This document shows positions 37,326 through 46,781 of a stretch of 64,000 nucleotides of DNA, piece by piece (the first letter of the stretch is position 1; each line of letters starts with the position of its first letter). Below the pieces are notes generated by a model. That model saw only the letters and a list, made by a program, of their open reading frames with translations. It was not told where the DNA came from and made no database searches. This DNA is from Granulosicoccaceae bacterium. GTDB lineage: Bacteria; Pseudomonadota; Gammaproteobacteria; CALCKW01. Position numbers and translations under genes: made by a program. The stretch spans positions 78,077-142,076 of the forward strand of contig JAWSVD010000029.1 in assembly GCA_033852095.1 (NCBI GenBank), written 5' to 3'.

Positions 37326-39149
37326 CTACTGGACATTCGACACGCCTTGAGTGGCCGTGAAGGTCGCGAAATCGCTGCCCCCGCTGTAACTTCCGCTGCT
37401 CAGCAAACCATCCTCAATGTCGCCACTCATGCTGCCACCGACGCTGACGGTGTAAGCAGTGCCCGCCGTCAAGCTAGGCGCTGAATAGACAAACGAAGCG
37501 AAGGATTTGCTCGGTGCGAAGCTCAGCAAGGAATTGCTCGAAGCGTCGCGAATGTTGATCGCCGTGCCCGCGGACTGCATGCCCGACAGCGCCAGCTTGA
37601 GCGAATTCTGCGCGGACGAAGCGCTGGGTGCCTGTGCCATGCCAGCACTGCCAGCGGCCACCAATACACCGCCACTGATAACAAAGCTGCCGTCGTAGTC
37701 GAGCGCGCCATTGCCGCCGCCAGTGGGCCCGTTCACCAACACCGTGCCGCCGCTCATGGTGATTGATCCATTGGCATCCAGGCCATCGCCCTGGGCGTCG
37801 ACGACAATACGACCACCGGTGATGTTCAGCAGATTGCCCTCTGCGGTCACGGCCGCTGCTCGCGCACCGCCACCACCAAAACCAGGCCCCTGCCCACCGC
37901 CCGAGCCGTCGTTGCCGCCCGCCACGTTGATGCCATCATCAGAGGAGACAACGTTCACGCTGCCGCCATTGACGTTGATGATGGTGGCCTCGAGGCCTTC
38001 ATAGGATTCCGTGACGACGATCGAGCCCGCGTTGACCGTCAACTGGGTGTCGGCGTGTAGCCCGTCGTCCCCTGTCGCTATGTTGAAGTTGCCGCCGTTC
38101 ACCTCGATGATATAGCCCGAGTGCATCGCGTCATCGGGCGAGTCGAGCAGCAGCGTGCCGCTACTGACTTCGATCACCACGCCCGCCTTTAAGGCCTTGG
38201 CCGAATCCTCAGCGGAAATCACCTGGGTGTGCCCGCCGGCGGTGGTGATGTCCAGGGTGGCACCGCCGCTGACCAGAATATCGCTCGCCGCTTGAATGCC
38301 GTCCGCCTGCGCGGCCACGTGTAGTGTCCCGCCCTCTACCGAGACATAGCCCTTGGCCGCGTCGCTGTCGTTGTTGGATCGCAGCCCATCGCCACCGGCT
38401 GTCACGTCGACGGCGCCGCCTAACAACACCAGGTAGTCCTTGCCGTCTATGCCGTCGTCCTGGGCTATCACCGTCAGGTTCTCAGCGTTCAATACCAAGC
38501 CGTCTTTAGAGGTGATCCCGTCTGCGTACTGACCCGTCACCAGCAGGTTGCCCGCGCCGATGATACTGAGATCGTCGGAGCTGAAGACTGCCGCGTTCGG
38601 CTCATCCAACTCCGCGTCCGGGTAGACGTAGCTGGTCGCGTCGGTGAGGCGATTGTCCGTACCGTCCAGCACCACCACGACTGTCTTGTCAGCCTGCTCC
38701 ACATTGATAGCGGCACTGCTGCTGTGATTAATGTCCACATTGTCGAGCAACAGCCACACGGTACCGTCGGCCTCGCTGTCAACCAGCACGCCGCCGTCGG
38801 TGGTCGCACCGCTCAAGCTATAGACGCCCGGCTCGGAGATCGTCACTTGCGCACCCAGTGCGGCAGCGCCGTTGCCGGTCACGCTGACCGTGCTGCCGTT
38901 GAAGACTATCGCTGTGCTACTGCTGCCGTAGAGATAATCCGCAGCGTCATCGTGGTGCGGCTTGTTTTCTACGGCGGCCGCTGTGGCCAAGTCCGCGATA
39001 TCTGTCGTGTCAGTGCTCTCGCTTGTATCTGTGCTGCCGAGCAGATCAGGATCTTGCGTGTCCGCGCTATCACAGCCCGCAGTGGTCGCCGCAAGGGCCA
39101 GCCATATCAAGCTCGCCAGTTTTTTCTTTTCCATCATCAAGTGGTGCAA
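37326..39149 (-). CDS. Cthe_2159-family (DUF4353) beta-helical carbohydrate-binding lipoprotein
   Basis: Lipobox TAG-C; VTI..PG.Y.LSG, EPNAAVFSSDDL.I.G.G.L.V, many DG-I/L repeats (DGITSKD, DGIDGKD, DGIQA, DGLHA, DGLDANG), GNGALDYDG...GG. Start could be 39137-39149. Confidence 0.85.
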   Translation of the reverse strand: MHHLMMEKKKLASLIWLALAATTAGCDSADTQDPDLLGSTDTSESTDTTDIADLATAAAVENKPHHDDAADYLYGSSSTAIVFNGSTVSVTGNGAAALGAQVTISEPGVYSLSGATTDGGVLVDSEADGTVWLLLDNVDINHSSSAAINVEQADKTVVVVLDGTDNRLTDATSYVYPDAELDEPNAAVFSSDDLSIIGAGNLLVTGQYADGITSKDGLVLNAENLTVIAQDDGIDGKDYLVLLGGAVDVTAGGDGLRSNNDSDAAKGYVSVEGGTLHVAAQADGIQAASDILVSGGATLDITTAGGHTQVISAEDSAKALKAGVVIEVSSGTLLLDSPDDAMHSGYIIEVNGGNFNIATGDDGLHADTQLTVNAGSIVVTESYEGLEATIINVNGGSVNVVSSDDGINVAGGNDGSGGGQGPGFGGGGARAAAVTAEGNLLNITGGRIVVDAQGDGLDANGSITMSGGTVLVNGPTGGGNGALDYDGSFVISGGVLVAAGSAGMAQAPSASSAQNSLKLALSGMQSAGTAINIRDASSNSLLSFAPSKSFASFVYSAPSLTAGTAYTVSVGGSMSGDIEDGLLSSGSYSGGSDFATFTATQGVSNVQ

Positions 39150-39316
39150 CTCCAGTTTTTAAGCCCCGGCCATACCACAGATAGCTGTGTCGGCACATGC
39201 GTGTTCGTGTTACTCACCGCATATTCTGTGCTTACTATGGCTCGCAAATATGGAGTTGCTGTGAAGATTATCTGACGAATATAGGCAGTGCCAGCTGAGC
39301 TTGCTATACATGCAGG

Positions 39317-40784
39317 ATGAACTTAAGAATTTGGCACAAACTCGCCCTCGCCCTGTGCATCGGTATCAGCCTACTGATGCTGGCGATGGCCTACGTCTCC
39401 AGTTACGGCGTTGAGCACAGCTTTAGAAACTACCTCAATACGCAACAGCAACAGCGGGCGCTACAGCTGGAAGAACAGCTCATTGAAGATTATGAGCAGC
39501 GTGGCGACTGGCGTTTCATCCAGGACCAGCAAGAGTGGCACGCCTACCTGCATTGGATCGAAGACGACGGCATGCCGCACAAGGGGCCTGATCCGCACCC
39601 CGACAAGAACAACGACAGCCATTCACCTGGCCGTTCACCGGGAAACGCGCCCAAACGCGCAGGCAAAGGCTCCAAGCACCGCTTCTCACTCACTGATGCG
39701 GACAAGCAGCTGCTGTTCGGCGCGGCAATGGACGAGCAGAAACACCACGACACCGCCTTGCAGCTGCGCGGGGAAACCATCGGCTATTTGCACTACCGGC
39801 CCTTTAACGCTGGCCACATGAGCAAAAAGGACCGGGCATTCCTGCAGCAGCAGCACAGCGCGCTGATCCACCTCGCCTGGATCAGTTTTGTACTCGCCGG
39901 TGTTTTCTCTTGGCTGGCCTCCGCCTATCTGCGCAGCCGCATCCGACCGCTGTCGAACTTTTCGCAGCAGCTGTCCAACGGCAATTACGACAACAAATTG
40001 AGTGTGCCGGGCAATGATCAGCACGATGAACTGGGGCAACTGGGGGCGGACCTGAACCACCTCTCCCAGGCGCTGGCGCAGGGGAAATCCGCACGGGAAC
40101 GCTGGGTTGCCGATATCGCCCATGAGCTGCGTACGCCGCTGTCCATACTGCACGGCGAGATCGAAGCCATGCAGGACGGCATTCGCCCACTCGATCAAGC
40201 TGCTCTACAGTCCTTGCTCAGCGAGACCACCCAGCTGAGCCGCATCGTGGAGCAGTTGCGCAAACTGAGCCAGGCGGAAATGGGCGAGCTGCACATCGAG
40301 CGCAGCGATTGTGACCTGGCCGAAATCCTGCGAAACGTCAGCGATAACTTCTCGGCCCGCTTTGCTGCCGAAGAGATCGCGCTCACGCTGCACGTACAGG
40401 CAAACACCGCCCACCGCTGCTGGGGTGACGCTAGCCGCCTGCATCAACTGCTCAGCAACCTGCTGGAAAACAGCTTGCGCTACACCTGTGCAGCTGGCCA
40501 ACTGGCCAACTGGCCAACTGGAGATAAATCTGCACACGGCGGATGAAGAAATCTGTGTGGTGTTTGAGGATTCCGAGCCCGGAGTAAGTAACGAGCAACT
40601 TCCTCTGCTGTTTGAACGGCTCTACCGCGCGGAAAATTCCCGCAACCGCAAGACCGGAGGATCCGGCCTTGGCTTGTCTATCTGTCAGGCGCTGGTGCGC
40701 GCTCACGGCGGGCACATGAACGCCGAACACGCCGCCCAAGGCGGATTAAAAATCACCGTGAAGCTGCCCGTCCATCATGACTAA
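39317..40784 (+). pseudogene. BaeS-like sensor histidine kinase frameshifted by an 8-bp tandem repeat
   Basis: TM-periplasmic-TM-HAMP, H-box DIAHELRTPL and N-box NLLENSLRY lie in the frame ending 40546. G1 (EDSEPG), F (LFERLYR) and G2 (GGSGLGL) boxes lie in the frame ending 40784. Removing 16 bp (40502-40517) joins them into one 483-aa ORF. Confidence 0.88.
40494..40521 (+). repeat. Octanucleotide tandem repeat (CTGGCCAA)3 + CTGG
   Basis: ctggccaa at 40494, 40502 and 40510, plus partial ctgg at 40518. Confidence 0.95.
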
Positions 40785-41478
40785 AATCATTGCCATCGTC
40801 GAAGACGAAGAAAAAATCGCCCGCATCCTGATCGACTACCTCGAAGCCGAGGGTTATGCCTTGCGCTGGATTGCGGACGGGAAGCAAGCTTCACAATGGC
40901 TTGCAGAAAACACCTGTGATCTGATTTTGCTGGACCTGATGTTGCCCGGAAAAGACGGCATGACCCTCTGCGATGAGATCCGCAGGCTCTACCAAACACC
41001 TGTTTTCATCATCACCGCCAAAGCTGAAGAGCTGGACCGGATCAAGGGTTTGGAAACTGGCGCTTATGACTATATTTGCAAACCCTTCAGCCCGCGCGAA
41101 GTCGTGGCCAGGGTCAATGCTCTGTTTCGGTTGCTTGCGGCGCAAGGTTTGAACACGTTGACGGAACAGCCGGCTCAGCGCATGCAACTCGAGCCGCATA
41201 TCCACAGGGTGAGCTACGCCGGCACATCAGCTGACCTGACCCGCGCCGAATACCGCCTGCTGGAAAACATCTCCGCCAACCCAGACAGTGTCTTCTCACG
41301 CCAAGCGCTGGTGCATCTGATCTACGACGACAACCGAGTGATCTCCGACCGAACGATCGATTCACACATAAAAAACCTGCGCAAGAAGCTCGACAACATC
41401 GGTCTGCGGCACAATCCGATCCGCACCGTTCACGGGGTCGGGTACAAGTGGAATAGTTTCGAAGAGACCCTTGAATAG
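40777..41478 (+). CDS. OmpR/BaeR-family response regulator
   Basis: IVEDE, LLDLMLPG, DYICKPFSPREV, DRTIDSHIKNLRKKL, RTVHGVGY. Overlaps the restored kinase 3' end. Confidence 0.93.
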   Translation: MTKIIAIVEDEEKIARILIDYLEAEGYALRWIADGKQASQWLAENTCDLILLDLMLPGKDGMTLCDEIRRLYQTPVFIITAKAEELDRIKGLETGAYDYICKPFSPREVVARVNALFRLLAAQGLNTLTEQPAQRMQLEPHIHRVSYAGTSADLTRAEYRLLENISANPDSVFSRQALVHLIYDDNRVISDRTIDSHIKNLRKKLDNIGLRHNPIRTVHGVGYKWNSFEETLE

Positions 41479-41611
41479 GGTTCCATAGCACATGGGGCAA
41501 AGCTCGGTGAGAGACACCGAGCAAACAACAGCCTGAGGAAAACAGAGTGGCCAAGCGGCCAGCGCCCCCTCAAGAGGCCGGCGCGTTTCGCCGGCCCAAA
41601 GACAACAAGGC

Positions 41612-43132
41612 CTAGAAGAAACCCAGTGGGTTGATGTCGTAGCTGACCAGCAGGTTCTTGGTCTGCTGGTAGTGATCGAGCATCATCTTGTGGGTCTCGC
41701 GACCAATGCCGGACTTCTTGTAGCCGCCAAAAGCCGCGTGCGCTGGGTAGTGGTGGTAGCAGTTGGTCCAAACGCGACCCGCCTCGATGCCACGGCCCAT
41801 GCGGTAGGACAAGTTCATGTCACGTGTCCACACACCCGCGCCCAAACCGAACTCACTGTCATTGGCGATGGCCAATGCTTCGGCTTCGTCTTTGAAAGTC
41901 GTCACCGAGATAACAGGCCCGAAGATCTCTTCCTGGAAGACGCGCATGTCGTTGGTGCCTTTCAGCAGGGTTGGCTGCACATAGTAGCCCGTGCCCATCT
42001 CACCGGAGAGCGTCTCGACATCACCGCCCGCGAGCACTTCGGCCCCTTCGTCCTTGCCGATCTGGATGTAACGCATGATCTTGTCGAACTGCTCGCTCGA
42101 CGCCTGCGCACCGACCATGACGTCTGTGTCCAGCGGGTTGCCGCGTTTAATTTTGGCGGCGCGGTCGATGACCATGGCGATGAATTCATCGTAGATCGAC
42201 TCCTGCACCAACAAACGCGAGGGGCAAGTGCAGACTTCACCTTGGTTGAAGAAAGCCAAGACAGCCCCCTCAACACACTTGCTGATGAATTGATCCTCTT
42301 GCTTCAGCACATCTTCAAAATAGATGTTGGGTGACTTGCCGCCCAGCTCAACGGTGGAGGGGATGAGGTTATCCGCCGCACACTTAAGGATATGGGTGCC
42401 GGTGGGTGTGGAGCCGGTGAAGGCGATCTTGGCGATGCGTTTGCTGGTGGCCAGCGCTTGGCCGGCCTCTTTGCCGTAGCCATTGACCACGTTCAGCACG
42501 CCAGCTGGCAGCAGGTCACCGATCAGCTCGAGCATCACCAAGATAGACGCGGGGGTCTGCTCGGCAGGCTTGAGCACGATGCAGTTACCCGTCACCAGTG
42601 CAGGTGCGATCTTCCACACCGCCATCAGGATGGGGAAGTTCCACGGGATGATCTGACCGACCACGCCCAGGGGCTCATGGAAATGGTAAGCCACGGTGTT
42701 CTCATCGATCTCACCTATACCGCCTTCCTGCGCCCGCATGCACCCGGCGTAATAGCGAAAGTGGTCAACGGCCAGGGGCAGGTCGGCGTTGAGTGTTTCA
42801 CGCACCGCCTTGCCGTTGTCCCAGGTCTCGGCCACGGCGAGCATTTCCAGATTCTGCTCGATGCGGTCGGCGATTTTCAGCAGGACATTCGAGCGTGCGG
42901 CGACAGATGTCTTGCCCCACGCAACTTTTGCGGCGTGTGCGGCGTCCAGCGCCAGATCGATATCAGCCGCGTCAGATCGTGGGATCTGGCAAAAAGGCTT
43001 GCCGTTGACCGGGGAAATATTGTCGAAGTAATTGCCATTGACCGGCGCGACCCACTCGCCACCGATGTAGTTGCCGTAGCGCTCTTTAAAATTGACAACC
43101 GCACCGTCTGTATTTGGATTTGCGTATTCCAC
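41612..43132 (-). CDS. aldB: NAD-dependent aldehyde dehydrogenase (AldB/AcoD/ExaC type)
   Basis: [47 protein letters not shown], final [12 protein letters not shown]. Start reassigned to GTG 43132 (AAGGAG RBS). Confidence 0.93.
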   Translation of the reverse strand: MEYANPNTDGAVVNFKERYGNYIGGEWVAPVNGNYFDNISPVNGKPFCQIPRSDAADIDLALDAAHAAKVAWGKTSVAARSNVLLKIADRIEQNLEMLAVAETWDNGKAVRETLNADLPLAVDHFRYYAGCMRAQEGGIGEIDENTVAYHFHEPLGVVGQIIPWNFPILMAVWKIAPALVTGNCIVLKPAEQTPASILVMLELIGDLLPAGVLNVVNGYGKEAGQALATSKRIAKIAFTGSTPTGTHILKCAADNLIPSTVELGGKSPNIYFEDVLKQEDQFISKCVEGAVLAFFNQGEVCTCPSRLLVQESIYDEFIAMVIDRAAKIKRGNPLDTDVMVGAQASSEQFDKIMRYIQIGKDEGAEVLAGGDVETLSGEMGTGYYVQPTLLKGTNDMRVFQEEIFGPVISVTTFKDEAEALAIANDSEFGLGAGVWTRDMNLSYRMGRGIEAGRVWTNCYHHYPAHAAFGGYKKSGIGRETHKMMLDHYQQTKNLLVSYDINPLGFF

Positions 43133-43278
43133 CAACACTCTCCTTATCATGATAATTAGCTGCAGGCCGATCACTGAGATCAGGCCGACGTTGCATAAGA
43201 GAGTAAAAGACCAAAGGTTGGTAAAAGGTTGGTGCGGCGAACAAATCACGCGCTTAGACGGGGCATTTACCCCTCCTC

Positions 43279-43298
43279 GGAACTTGCACTCAAGTTCC
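43279..43298. promoter_or_regulatory. Inverted repeat between divergent aldB and ppaC
   Basis: GGAACTTG-CACT-CAAGTTCC, perfect 8-bp arms. Confidence 0.5.
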
Positions 43299-43432
43299 TC
43301 ACTGGCAATAAATCTCACCATTTCAAGCATTTGCAGGCGAGTCGGCACAGTTTCAGCTTAGAATAGCGCAATCTGATTTATAACTGATCGTGATCCATCA
43401 AAGGATCGAACACACATTCAAAAGGAATACCC

Positions 43433-44353
43433 ATGACCATCCAGATTTTTGGCCACAAGTCCCCCGATACAGACTCCACCGGATCCCCGCTGGTGTGGTC
43501 ATGGTATCTCAATGAAATCAAAGGCATAGCTGCAAAGCCCATGCTGCTGGGTGAGCCCAACACCGAAGCGCTGTTTGTGCTCGAGCGCTGGGGCTTTGAT
43601 AAACCCGAGATCATGACAGAGCTCGCTGACGGCGCCGACTGCATCATTGTTGACACCAACAACCCCGCTGAGCTGCCCACCAACATCAACGACGCCAACG
43701 TCATCGCGATCATCGATCACCACAAGCTGGTGGGCGGCCTGGAGACAAAAGGCCCCATCGACATCACTATCCGCCCCTTGGCTTGCACCGCGACCATCAT
43801 GGTCGACATGATCGGCGACGACATGGCGAAAATGCCCGACAACATCAAGGGCGCAGCACTGTCCTGCATCTTGTCAGACACATTGGAGTTTCGCTCGCCC
43901 ACCACCACCGAACACGACATCGCCGTGACCAAGCGCTTGGCCGATGAGCTGGGTATCGACATCCCCGCCTACGCCGCCGAGATGTTTGCCGCTAAGTCCG
44001 ATGTGTCTCGCTTCTCCGACGCCGAATTGCTGCGCATGGATTCCAAGGAATACACCATCGAGGGCACCGCCTTCCGCGTGTCTGTGTTGGAGACGACGTC
44101 ACCGCATATGGTCTTGGACCGCAAAGACAGCTTGATGAGCGCCATGGTGGACGTGGCCAAAGAAGACGGCGCCGACCAGGTGTTGTTGTTCGTGATCGAC
44201 ATCCTGAACGAAGAGGCCACCCTGCTGGTGCCCAACGACATGGTCAAGACCATCGCAGAGAAGTCCTTTAACGCGACTGTCAGTGGCGACACAGTGGTTT
44301 TGCCGGGCGTCATGAGCCGCAAGAAGCAGATCATGCCCTTCCTGACACTCTGA
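43433..44353 (+). CDS. ppaC: Mn-dependent inorganic pyrophosphatase (family II, DHH/DHHA2)
   Basis: GHKSPDTDS, IVDTN, IIDHH, ILSDTL.FRSPTT, VMSRKKQ. Confidence 0.94.
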   Translation: MTIQIFGHKSPDTDSTGSPLVWSWYLNEIKGIAAKPMLLGEPNTEALFVLERWGFDKPEIMTELADGADCIIVDTNNPAELPTNINDANVIAIIDHHKLVGGLETKGPIDITIRPLACTATIMVDMIGDDMAKMPDNIKGAALSCILSDTLEFRSPTTTEHDIAVTKRLADELGIDIPAYAAEMFAAKSDVSRFSDAELLRMDSKEYTIEGTAFRVSVLETTSPHMVLDRKDSLMSAMVDVAKEDGADQVLLFVIDILNEEATLLVPNDMVKTIAEKSFNATVSGDTVVLPGVMSRKKQIMPFLTL

Positions 44354-44407
44354 TCATTTGCCGATCATTTGATTGAATGAGCGGCGCAGCTATTCGCTGC
44401 ATCGCTG

Positions 44408-44432
44408 GCAGAGGCCCGCCCTGGGCCTCTGC
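44408..44432. terminator. GC hairpin between convergent ppaC and DUF445 genes
   Basis: gcagaggccc-gccct-gggcctctgc, 10-bp stem. Confidence 0.55.
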
Positions 44433-44479
44433 TAAATACGGCCCGCCCCGCCGTCTTTTAGGACCCCGGAGAGCGCCGA

Positions 44480-45178
44480 TCAAACCAGTGCTGCTATCGC
44501 CCCGATCAAGCCGCCAAACACCGCTCCCCAGACCACCAGCCAGCCCAAGTGCTTGGCGATCATGTCCTGCACAATCTGCTTCACCATCTGCGGGTTGAGC
44601 TCATCCAGGCGCTTTTCTATCACCGCGCTGATCTTCTCGAATACCATGTCGCCGCCCGCCCCAGATGCCAGGCTGCTGCGCAGGGAGGCCTGAAACTCCT
44701 CCGTCGCCGTCACCTTGATCAAAGAGCTTTTCATGCGCTCACAAAAGGGCTCGCGCAGGGGCTGCAGCGCTTCGACACCGCCCACCATGGCCAGCATGCC
44801 ACCAAAAGAGGATGCTTCGATCACGCTGACAAAACCATCAAAGGCCGGGTCAAGATCAGCTTTCTCAATCACCGGCGCCAGATCCAATGCCTTGCCACTG
44901 CCCGCGCCACTCAAAAAACGCTGCATGTTCTCGGGGCTGAAAAATTGCTTCATCAGCAACTCGCGGATCCCGAGTTTGAAATCCTCAAAATGCGTGGGCA
45001 CCACCCCGGAACCATACAAGCCAGGCACCTTTTCAAACAGCATGTGAATAGCCAGCCAATTGGTGAGCGCACCGGAAAAAGCGAAAAGCCCGACGCTGGT
45101 CATGAGGCTGTTGCCGAGTAAATACCCGCCAAGAAGCACGGCAAGCGCCGCAATATTACTGAGTAGACTTTTGTTCAC
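44480..45178 (-). CDS. DUF445-family membrane protein
   Basis: FAFSGALTNWLAIHMLFEKVPGLYGSGVVP and C-terminal HLGWLVVWGAVFGGLIG. Confidence 0.85.
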   Translation of the reverse strand: MNKSLLSNIAALAVLLGGYLLGNSLMTSVGLFAFSGALTNWLAIHMLFEKVPGLYGSGVVPTHFEDFKLGIRELLMKQFFSPENMQRFLSGAGSGKALDLAPVIEKADLDPAFDGFVSVIEASSFGGMLAMVGGVEALQPLREPFCERMKSSLIKVTATEEFQASLRSSLASGAGGDMVFEKISAVIEKRLDELNPQMVKQIVQDMIAKHLGWLVVWGAVFGGLIGAIAALV

Positions 45179-45965
45179 AAGCTCGGATCATCGCATAAGA
45201 CAGGGAGCTGAATTATACCTCATGCGCAAATACAAGCCCCATCCGGCCCTGTTCCCGTGGATGAAGGCACAGCTCAAAACTTGGCGGCGACTACCGGTCA
45301 TGACATCACGCAGTGAAGCCCGCTCTCAGAAGCCGACCGCAGCTTAGGTACCGGCGTGGCAGGATCTCGGCGACGGCATCAAAACACGCACTTGCAGCGA
45401 GGATTATTGTGAACTCGCCACGTATCGTGGCGACAGCAAGCATTACCCGATCACTCCCTAAGCGCGTGATATTACTGACAAAGCCCGCCAACTCTTGTGC
45501 TTGAGTTACATTTTGCCAAGGTTATAACAACATCAATTCGCCTTGCAAAACGCCTTTCATTAGCGTCGTTTGCAGCACCTAAAGCGACCGTAAACCTTGA
45601 GCACTACTTTGCAGGCGCTGGCAAAATACTGCCTCAGCCACCGCCCAAAGCCGCTCAGAGCAAATTATGTACTGTAAAGCGGCTGCATCAATCGCGCATA
45701 TTGAACAGGCAATGCATGCGCGCTCTGGCCACCTCATGGGTGCCCGAAACAATCACCGGATCACGGGCCAAGGGTGATTCCAATTATTGTAAGTTGCTAT
45801 GCTTCCGCGGAGAAAGTTATGGTGGGCGGATCGAAGTTACAGGGAGTACTTGCAGATATCATCGTGGGCTAAGTGATTGCTCAATCCTCGGTGAAACTGT
45901 CGCCTTCGAGCAATGTCTTATTTTAATACATTGAATTTCAATCGCCCCTGCAGAAGGTAATTGCC

Positions 45966-46664
45966 ATGCCCCAACTGTCACCCAAGATCGACAGCAAACT
46001 CCTTGCCATATTGGGCCTAAGCGCCCTGCTCACAGCCTGCGGCGGTGACTCGAGCGAGCCCGAAGCGACGGAGCCCGAGCCCACCGGCGAACAAACGGGT
46101 GGAGGTGGCGAAACAGGTAGCAGTGGCGCCATAGGATTGATTGGTGGCAGCGGCACAGAGCCAACCGCAGCCGCAGCTGAAGAATGCGGCGCGGCAGATG
46201 GCACGCGGGGCACTGACCCTGACTCCCGCGATGCTCCCTGGATGAACAATTGCTACATTCAACGCGATGAGGCATTCGTTGACAGCTCCTATGCACAGGG
46301 TATTCAACGCATCACTTGGTGCTTAGGCTACGATGACACTGACAGCATGAGCGACTTCGCCGACGGATCTTATGGCCCAAGATCAGAAGCCGCTGTAGAG
46401 GCTTTTCAAACGGTAAATGACATCACTGTTGACGGGATCGTTGGTCCGGAGACCTGGGATAAGTTAGAGCACTCACTGGAGTTACTCGCAGAAATCGGCA
46501 ACCGTGACAGTTTTGGCGTTTTCACCGACGAGACAGAATACCAAGACTGCAAAGACGTGGTCATGTTCTACGAGAAGTTCGACCCGGACACGCAGCTGTC
46601 CATTGGCTGGAAGATGGCAGCACCGGACACTGAAGTTGAGATGACCTTCTCAACAGGGTTCTAA
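45966..46664 (+). CDS. Lipoprotein with peptidoglycan-binding (PG_binding_1) domain
   Basis: Lipobox LTA-C, acidic/Gly-rich linker, DGSYGPRSEAAVEAFQ...DGIVGPETW. Confidence 0.75.
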   Translation: MPQLSPKIDSKLLAILGLSALLTACGGDSSEPEATEPEPTGEQTGGGGETGSSGAIGLIGGSGTEPTAAAAEECGAADGTRGTDPDSRDAPWMNNCYIQRDEAFVDSSYAQGIQRITWCLGYDDTDSMSDFADGSYGPRSEAAVEAFQTVNDITVDGIVGPETWDKLEHSLELLAEIGNRDSFGVFTDETEYQDCKDVVMFYEKFDPDTQLSIGWKMAAPDTEVEMTFSTGF

Positions 46665-46781
46665 GCAAGCCAGCGGCCACTAAACCATCAGCCTCTAACA
46701 CACACATCTACAGCCAAACGATCGTGTTGCCACGCGCTGCTCTGTGCAACAGAGCAAGCGCGCTACAACGCGGAGAGATGC

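Noticed and set aside
40311-40784. 157-aa ORF as an independent gene
   Set aside because: It is the out-of-frame C-terminal HATPase part of the sensor kinase, not a separate gene.
42392-43159. 255-aa plus-strand ORF (and 41672..42334)
   Set aside because: Antisense to aldB; well-known shadow of aldehyde dehydrogenases.
43133-43348. 72-aa N-terminal extension of aldB in the ORF track
   Set aside because: The true start is GTG 43132 with an AAGGAG RBS; the extension is promoter DNA. Similar over-long starts were trimmed for several other genes.
45497-45934. 145-aa ORF in the long intergenic gap
   Set aside because: GTG start without a clear RBS, atypical composition, no motif; not supportable as a CDS.
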